Below, one piece after another: positions 57,689 to 64,000 of a stretch of 64,000 bases of DNA (positions within the stretch are counted from its first letter, which is position 1; each line of letters opens with the position of its first letter). A program made the translations under genes and the position numbers. This stretch comes from a bacterium (GTDB lineage: Bacteria; Patescibacteriota; Minisyncoccia; Phycocordibacterales; UBA2100): contig JAJXVV010000002.1 of assembly GCA_021781955.1 (NCBI GenBank), positions 74,730-138,729 on the forward strand, given 5' to 3'. The notes beneath the pieces were generated by a model. That model saw nothing but the letters and a program-made list of their open reading frames with translations. It made no database searches and had not been told where the DNA came from.

Positions 57689-57722
57689 TTATCCCCACTT
57701 TCACCCAGAGGACCGTCCTCTG
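57689..57722 (+). repeat. Composite repeat TTATCCCCA-N8-CAGAGGACCGTCCTCTG
   Basis: Box at 57689-57697, palindrome at 57706-57722. Confidence 0.85.
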
Positions 57723-57750
57723 TATTAGTGCGCACGGTCGTGCTATAAGC

Positions 57751-57939
57751 ATGAACGGTGGCGCGTTGGCGCATCGCAACATGGAGTTGAGAATGAGATC
57801 GGGAAACGGAAAAATATCGCTTCTTGAATGGGTCATCATCGTGGCTTTTATGGCAGGGGTCATGTATGGCCTGGTCATGAAGCCTCGCCTTCTCAAGACG
57901 CAAGACGCCTTATTGGCACACTCGTACCAGCAACGATAG
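57751..57939 (+). CDS. Small single-TM hypothetical protein
   Basis: One hydrophobic segment; followed by a terminator at about 57959-57987. Confidence 0.45.
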   Translation: MNGGALAHRNMELRMRSGNGKISLLEWVIIVAFMAGVMYGLVMKPRLLKTQDALLAHSYQQR

Positions 57940-57986
57940 TGTTGCCGAATTGACAAGTAGCCCGGACCTCGCGCCCGGGCTTTTCT

Positions 57987-59642
57987 TTACACGCTGCGCG
58001 TGACCATGCTCCGCTCGATGTCCTGGAGCGTGCCGCCGACTTTTTTGCCAGGGTTCAAGATGCCGAGCGGGTCGAATGCCTGCTTCACCTGCGCGAAGAG
58101 ATCGAGCATTTCTGGCGAGAATTGATACGACAGAAAGGGCGTGCGGACGATGCCGTCGTTGTGCTCTCCGGTGATGGCGCCGCCGTACTTGCGTACGAGA
58201 TCGTAGATCCTCGGCATGAGGTCCATGATCATCGAATGCGTCTTAGGCTGGCTCATATCGACGAGCGGGAAAATGTGGAAGTTACCGTCACCGATGTGGC
58301 CGGTAACCGCGTAGGTGAAGGAGTAGCCGTTCAGGAGCTTGTAGAGCTCGGGAAGGAACTGCGGGTAATCCTTCGGATGCACGACGAAATCATCCATGAT
58401 CGGCGCCGCGGTCAAACCCTTCATGCGTTTGCGCAGAAGCGCGAACGCTTCGCGGCGCATTTTCCAATACTTGGCCGATTCGATCTCGCTGCGCGCGATC
58501 TTCGTGCGTACCGGCAGTCCTTCGAGCGCGGCGGCGGTCTCCTCCACTTTGCGGAGCGCCTCATCCGGCGTGTCTTCAGCGAACTCCGCGAGCAGGAAGA
58601 GCTTGGGGATGCCGCCGGTCGCGACCATCGTCATCTCGGGGATGAAAGAGAAGCCGAGCCGGGCCGCCTGCGCGAGGCCCATTTGCCGCAACATTTGCGG
58701 CATGAACTTCACCGCGAGCATGAGCGTTTTGTCGTCGTAGGATTCAAAGGATTCCGGCTTGCATGCGAGCACGCGCGTAACCACTTCAGGCAGGATATCC
58801 ATGTCGGAGAGAAATATCACGAGCATGGCGCGATGCTCCTTGAGCTTTACGAGGCCGAGCTTTGCGGCGGTGACGATTGCGAGCGTGCCTTGCGAGCCTG
58901 TCACGAGCTGCGAGAGGTCGAAGGTGTTGCGTTTTTTATCGATGACGTTCCAGAGCGCGTAGCCGGCGGAATTCTTCGTCACGGTGGGGCGCGCTGCCTC
59001 TATTTCATGTTCGTGCGCACCGATGAGCGCATGCACCTTGCGGTAGATGTCGCCCTCGAGGTCCTGCTGCGTCTCTTTGGCGGCAAGCTCGTTTTCGGAG
59101 AGCGCTCGCAGGGTCGCGTGCGTGCCGTCGGCAAGCACGACCTCAAGCTCGCGGACGTAGTCGTTCGTCTTGCCGAAGTTGAGCGTGAGTTCGCCGCCGG
59201 AATTATTTGAAACGATCCCGCCGATGGCGCACAGCTCGCGCGAGGCGGGGTAGGAGGGTAGCAGCATGCCGCGCTTCGCCATGGTCTCTTTCTCGAAATC
59301 GCGGTAGTACAGGCCCGGCTCCGCCTTCGCCCAGTCGTCGCCCACCTCGAGCATGCGGTTCATGTATTTCGGGAAGACGAGCATGACGGAGTCGGTGAGG
59401 TCGCCGCCGGTCATGTCGGTACCGGCGCTCCTTGCCGCAAGACTGACTTGTTCGCCGCGCGCTCGAGCTTCGCCTATCACGCGTATGACCGCCGACACGT
59501 CGTCGGCGCTCTTTGGGAAAACGACGAGCGAGGGGAGACGCTCGAAGATGCTCGTGTCGTGCGAGTACGCGCTGCGTGTCGCAAGGTCGTCCGCGACATC
59601 GCCGCGTATAACGGCCTTTATGCGCTGTGCGAGGCTAGGCAT
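57987..59642 (-). CDS. FAD-linked oxidase (GlcD/D-lactate dehydrogenase-like)
   Basis: RSAGTDMTGG, GSQGTL, GHIGDGNFH, GEHNDG and FDPLGILNPGK. Confidence 0.92.
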   Translation of the reverse strand: MPSLAQRIKAVIRGDVADDLATRSAYSHDTSIFERLPSLVVFPKSADDVSAVIRVIGEARARGEQVSLAARSAGTDMTGGDLTDSVMLVFPKYMNRMLEVGDDWAKAEPGLYYRDFEKETMAKRGMLLPSYPASRELCAIGGIVSNNSGGELTLNFGKTNDYVRELEVVLADGTHATLRALSENELAAKETQQDLEGDIYRKVHALIGAHEHEIEAARPTVTKNSAGYALWNVIDKKRNTFDLSQLVTGSQGTLAIVTAAKLGLVKLKEHRAMLVIFLSDMDILPEVVTRVLACKPESFESYDDKTLMLAVKFMPQMLRQMGLAQAARLGFSFIPEMTMVATGGIPKLFLLAEFAEDTPDEALRKVEETAAALEGLPVRTKIARSEIESAKYWKMRREAFALLRKRMKGLTAAPIMDDFVVHPKDYPQFLPELYKLLNGYSFTYAVTGHIGDGNFHIFPLVDMSQPKTHSMIMDLMPRIYDLVRKYGGAITGEHNDGIVRTPFLSYQFSPEMLDLFAQVKQAFDPLGILNPGKKVGGTLQDIERSMVTRSV

Positions 59643-59703
59643 GCGCAAAGTATACCGTGCCCACCGATGCGGAAGGCGGGTTTTCCACGCTATAATATGG
59701 GAT

Positions 59704-60537
59704 ATGTCCCACGAAAGGCGGCGACATCGCGTTAGGCACGTACGTCATTTTGGCACTAGCTATCAATCGTCGTTATTCCAGCGGCTGTTGGTTCTCGTGC
59801 TCGGACCGCTCGCGATCGTTGCAGCGGTCTATGTGCTCGTACACGTTCTTCCCGCCGGGCAGGAAGCATCGGAGTCCTCACTTTCACCCGATACCATCGC
59901 GATGGCGACCTTCGACACGATGACGCGTCTCGCGATCGCCTACGTTCTCGCGATCGCCTGCGCGGTACCGCTCGCGATATCCGCCACGATGAATCGGACG
60001 ACAGAAGCGATCTTGCTGCCCATTTTCGATATCCTCGAATCGGTGCCGATATTGGCGCTCTTTCCGGTCGTCATTATGGTTTTCGTCAACTATTTCCACT
60101 CGCTCGACGGCGCCGCGGTATTCATCCTCTTCATGACGATGCTCTGGAACATCGTCTTCCCGCTCATCGGCGGCCTGCAGATCATCCCCGGCGATGTCAT
60201 TGCCGCCGCGAAAGTGTTCGGCGTGGAAGGGTTCGCGTTCGTGCGCCGCGTCCTGCTGCCAGCACTCGTGCCGCAAATGGTGACCGGTTCAATCCTCGCT
60301 ATGGCGCAGGGCTGGAACATCATCATCGTGGCGGAAGTGCTGCATACGTACATTCCCGGCGGCACTTCGGCGCAAGATCTCTTCGGCATCGGCTCGATCC
60401 TGGTCGACGCCTCCGCGAATGCACAGAACGGTGTCTTTCTCGAGGCGGTGTTCGCGCTCGTCGTTGTGATCGGGTTGCTCAATTTGCTCGTCTGGCAACG
60501 GTTGCTGCACATCTCACAGCGGTTCCGTTTTGAATGA
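59704..60537 (+). CDS. ABC transporter permease (NitT/TauT family)
   Basis: ESVPILALFP and an EAA-like loop IAAAKVFG; multiple TM segments. Confidence 0.85.
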   Translation: MSHERRRHRVRHVRHFGTSYQSSLFQRLLVLVLGPLAIVAAVYVLVHVLPAGQEASESSLSPDTIAMATFDTMTRLAIAYVLAIACAVPLAISATMNRTTEAILLPIFDILESVPILALFPVVIMVFVNYFHSLDGAAVFILFMTMLWNIVFPLIGGLQIIPGDVIAAAKVFGVEGFAFVRRVLLPALVPQMVTGSILAMAQGWNIIIVAEVLHTYIPGGTSAQDLFGIGSILVDASANAQNGVFLEAVFALVVVIGLLNLLVWQRLLHISQRFRFE

Positions 60538-60538
60538 T

Positions 60539-61246
60539 ATGAGCGCGGTCATCGAACTCAAGGGGGTGGGGAAGACGTATCCGGGCGAACAGCATCCGGC
60601 ATTGCGCGATGTGTCGTTCTCGGTAGGACAGGGCGAGTTCGTGTGTCTGGTCGGGGCATCCGGTTGCGGCAAATCGACCATTCTCAAGATAATCGCCGGG
60701 CTCGAGGAGCCCACGACCGGTACGCTTACCAAGCCTGCGGCGGTCTCGATGGCGTTTCAATCGGGTGCGCTTTACCCGTGGCTCACTGTGTTCGAGAACG
60801 CGGCCTTCGGTCTTCGCGGCAAGGGTATGCGGGAGCGCGAGCTTGCGGCGGCGGTCGAGGATAAGCTCAAGCTCGTCAATATACTTCCGTTCCACGACAA
60901 ATATCCATCGGACCTCTCGGGCGGACAGCGCCAGCGCGTGGGCATCGCGCGCGCGCTTTCGGTCAATCCGGCGGTCCTTCTGCTCGACGAGCCGTTCTCC
61001 GCACTCGATCCAAGGACGACCGAAGAGCTCCATGAGGACCTCATATCGATATGGCGAGAGACGAAGAAAACGATCCTTATGGTCTCGCACCTCATCGAAG
61101 AAGCGGTGTCGCTAGCCGATCGGGTGATACTCATGCGCGACGGGAGCGTCGATTCCGAGTATCCCATCGCGCTTTCGTACCCGCGCCGCGAAAATGAAGG
61201 CTTCCACCACGACGTTATGAAGATACGTCGAGAGTTCTTCAGGTGA
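60539..61246 (+). CDS. ABC transporter ATP-binding protein (NitT/TauT family)
   Basis: GASGCGKST, LSGGQRQR and LLDEPFSALD. Confidence 0.93.
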   Translation: MSAVIELKGVGKTYPGEQHPALRDVSFSVGQGEFVCLVGASGCGKSTILKIIAGLEEPTTGTLTKPAAVSMAFQSGALYPWLTVFENAAFGLRGKGMRERELAAAVEDKLKLVNILPFHDKYPSDLSGGQRQRVGIARALSVNPAVLLLDEPFSALDPRTTEELHEDLISIWRETKKTILMVSHLIEEAVSLADRVILMRDGSVDSEYPIALSYPRRENEGFHHDVMKIRREFFR

Positions 61247-61301
61247 CGCGCCCGTTCACGGTGTATACTGTAAACACTTAGCAGCCTAACGCACGTTTTG
61301 T

Positions 61302-61640
61302 ATGGAGGAAAAAATGAGATCGGAAATGAATGAGCACGGCAATCATTGCGATCATTGCAACGGCATGTGGGGCCACCGCAGCAATCGCGGTTGGCACCTC
61401 GTCGCGAAAATACTTATCCTTGCCATCGTCTTTTGGCTCGGCATGCAGCTGGGCGAATTGCGCGCGTATACCTTTGGCGGGTTCGGGCCGGGCATGATGG
61501 GCGGCTGGGGATACGGCGGCATGATGGATGGAGGAGGCTATTACGGCAACGGTTACTACGGTGGCGGCTATGGCCAGGGACAGGGTACCGGGAATACCCA
61601 GGTTGCCCCGAAGACTTCCGGCACCTCGACCGGCCAGTGA
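61302..61640 (+). CDS. Membrane protein with a Gly/Met/Tyr-rich tail
   Basis: HCDHC, a TM segment, then GMMGG repeats. Confidence 0.7.
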   Translation: MEEKMRSEMNEHGNHCDHCNGMWGHRSNRGWHLVAKILILAIVFWLGMQLGELRAYTFGGFGPGMMGGWGYGGMMDGGGYYGNGYYGGGYGQGQGTGNTQVAPKTSGTSTGQ

Positions 61641-61650
61641 CGAGAGGGAT

Positions 61651-62445
61651 TCAACGTGCATGGTGCGCGCGCTCCGAAAGGAGCGCGCGCAGTAGTTTGT
61701 AGATCGTATATAGCACGATGGCGAGCGCGGCATAGAAAAGTATCGGCATTTGGAATACGTAGAGCAGTGCTCGCAACACACCCGTCCGCACCTTTTCGAG
61801 CGTGCCGCCGGGCGAGGCGGAGCCCGCAGCGGCGAGGTTGGTGGTCGAGGCGCCTAATACCTCCGGCATGAGGGGCGCCGGACCGGCTGCGGCGGCAGTC
61901 CGCTTCGCGTCGGCGACGAGCGCTGCAGAAAGATGCCGGCTCCCGGCCGCGCGCCAGTTCTCGGTGGTCGAAGCGATGGCTTGGAAGATGCTCTGCACGA
62001 CCGGCGATGATGAAGCGACCGCGTTCTGTACGATGGCCGCGTACCGCGCGATAGGCGAAGGCGGTGCCGCTTTGACGGTCACGCTCACGGTGCCGGTCGA
62101 GGCCTGCGCGAGCGCTCCGCTCGGACCGCTCACGTTCTCGAGCGCGGCGGAGAAAGAGTGCTCTCCGATGCTCGCCGTCCAATCCGCGCTCACGATCTGC
62201 GTTTCTCCCGGAGCGAGCGAAAAATGCACGGTTTGCAGCGGGCCTGAGTCGACGTTGAACTGCACGTCGCCGCTCAGGGGCGACGCGCCGCTATCGTAGA
62301 GCACCGTGTACACCTTGACCGCGTCGCCCGCCATCGGCGCCTGTTCCGAAAGCCAAAGCGACCCCGGCGCAAAGCCCGCGGCCGAGGCCGCGCACGCGAA
62401 CGTAGGCGCAAATAGCAAGGCGAACACGGCGGCCCAATTCCTCAT
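61651..62445 (-). CDS. Secreted or membrane protein with an Ig-like (CARDB-like) domain
   Basis: Signal peptide, beta-rich domain, C-terminal TM. Confidence 0.65.
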   Translation of the reverse strand: MRNWAAVFALLFAPTFACAASAAGFAPGSLWLSEQAPMAGDAVKVYTVLYDSGASPLSGDVQFNVDSGPLQTVHFSLAPGETQIVSADWTASIGEHSFSAALENVSGPSGALAQASTGTVSVTVKAAPPSPIARYAAIVQNAVASSSPVVQSIFQAIASTTENWRAAGSRHLSAALVADAKRTAAAAGPAPLMPEVLGASTTNLAAAGSASPGGTLEKVRTGVLRALLYVFQMPILFYAALAIVLYTIYKLLRALLSERAHHAR

Positions 62446-62620
62446 GAATGAAGTATAGCCCTTGTGCACACGTAATCCACTCATTTCTTGTCTTGACGTC
62501 AAGGCAGTAGCGGGCGTAGTGTGCCGGTATCGAATATGACGCCCAGCGCCATTTCGGTCACGTGTTGTTCATCAGCAATGTGCGCATTATACATAAGAGT
62601 TAATCATAACAAGACCCCGT

Positions 62621-64000
62621 ATGAATATCGTATGGAGCGGGCGCACTCTCATTATCAGCCTCGCAGCGGCAACTCTCCTGAGCATGGCCGCGTTTTTCAT
62701 TTGTGTTCCGCTTGCACACGCCGATACGGAGACGATCAATTTTGAGTCCGGTTACACCTTAAATAGTGTCAATGGCCAGAATGGTTGGAACTCTACCGGG
62801 CCTTACGACCAAAGCGTTGTTGACACATCTGCGTTCGGAAGTCCGTCTGGTTTTGGAACGAAAGCATTTCGTATCTCGAATGCGGTGACCTCGGGCTCGT
62901 TCGGTGACCAGACCTTTGCGCCGCCATTGACCGACGCGGTCGGCGAGATGGATGCGACGGACGGGACATTTTCGGAGGGAATCAGGCAGAACCATTACGA
63001 ACTCCAGTTCGACTTCACGTCGGCAACCTCTACCTACCAATCCGGACTTGCTGTCTCGATCTCTCCTGACCGAGGCGATGGTTCCCGGATGGCGTACATC
63101 CGTCTCGAGGACCATGCTGATGGCGTGCATGTCTACTTTGATGATGTGCAGGGGACGAGTAATCCGGCGAATTTCGTCGAGACCGATCTTGCGACACTTG
63201 ACCGCACGACCGTCCACACGATCAAGATGACGTTCGATCCCGCAGATGGTCCATCGAACGATGTTGTCAAAGTCTACATCGACGGCGCGCTCGTTCACGT
63301 AGGTACGAGTTGGGAGAATTATTATCGCTACGATTCTGAAGCGCATGCCGAACAAAGTCCACGTATCGTAAAAACGGTTATCTTCCGCGCTGGCGGTACC
63401 GCCGCACCATCCACGTTAGGTGACGGGTTCCTTTTCGACAACATAACTCTGACTTCAGAGGATGTGTCAAAAGTGACAACTGGCGTAGCGACGGGCATCA
63501 CGCGTTCCGACGCGACTCTCAACGGGGCCGTTGGTCCGTTCAATGCGATGAAGGAATCTTTCTGGGTCTCGACAAGCACTTTCGCGACATCGAGCTCGAA
63601 CATACCGGCGAACGTGTATTCGACGCCGGTATTGCCGGCCGCAGGTGGAGGTGCGACGTTTTCCGATCCGCTCTCGCTCGTAACAACGAACGGTATCGTT
63701 ACGGGCGGCGTGAACCAAAACATGCCCGCCATTACGCCAGGTACCACGTATTACTACGTGGCGTGGGCGGATATCGGTGGCATATGGTATCCGGGTGATG
63801 TTCACGCGGTTACGACCGCGCCGGATGCCCCGACCCTCTTGACCCCAGCGAGCGGAACAACGCTCGAGACCAACAGTTTCGACTTTACGTGGAATGCGGT
63901 GACCGACGCGCTGCCCGTGACATACCAGTTCCAATCGTCGTTGAATCCTGCCGCGACGGGCGGTGTGCTCACTAGCGGTCTGTGGACGTCCGGAACGCTC
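62621..64000 (+). CDS. Large secreted beta-rich surface protein, running off the window end (absent from the ORF track)
   Basis: ATG 62621, signal peptide ending AHA, DTETINFESGY..NGQNGW; the frame appears open to the window end. Confidence 0.75.
   Translation, partial: MNIVWSGRTLIISLAAATLLSMAAFFICVPLAHADTETINFESGYTLNSVNGQNGWNSTGPYDQSVVDTSAFGSPSGFGTKAFRISNAVTSGSFGDQTFAPPLTDAVGEMDATDGTFSEGIRQNHYELQFDFTSATSTYQSGLAVSISPDRGDGSRMAYIRLEDHADGVHVYFDDVQGTSNPANFVETDLATLDRTTVHTIKMTFDPADGPSNDVVKVYIDGALVHVGTSWENYYRYDSEAHAEQSPRIVKTVIFRAGGTAAPSTLGDGFLFDNITLTSEDVSKVTTGVATGITRSDATLNGAVGPFNAMKESFWVSTSTFATSSSNIPANVYSTPVLPAAGGGATFSDPLSLVTTNGIVTGGVNQNMPAITPGTTYYYVAWADIGGIWYPGDVHAVTTAPDAPTLLTPASGTTLETNSFDFTWNAVTDALPVTYQFQSSLNPAATGGVLTSGLWTSGTL

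Overview
High-GC bacterial chromosomal window with the gene content and style of a Patescibacteria/CPR (Parcubacteria-like) genome; the taxon is my inference. Housekeeping content: glmS, metK with an upstream SAM-I-type riboswitch, yvcK, nth, mutY, RNase J, secG, groES/EL, lemA/htpX, uppS, murJ, lepA, hisS, rnpB and four tRNAs, plus many secreted low-complexity proteins. The left end (1-2.8 kb) is an accessory island with a diversity-generating retroelement (DGR) cassette. It has a target gene with a variable region (VR) and downstream hairpin, a structured template-repeat (TR) RNA, and an antisense, 5'-truncated avd, but no reverse transcriptase in the window. The local TR and VR are homologous but not cognate. 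The other main signal is a dispersed 17-bp palindrome (CAGAGGACSGTCCTCTG, 8 copies). In five copies it lies exactly 8 bp from a DnaA-box-like 9-mer, and three copies sit in frame inside mutY. Also noted: a DegT aminotransferase-FemABX fusion in a Mur-ligase operon, repair glycosylases lacking Fe-S ligands, a P3A-like proton pump, orphan panD and shikimate kinase, and apparently leaderless core genes versus SD-led accessory genes. All calls come from reading motifs by eye; no searches were run.
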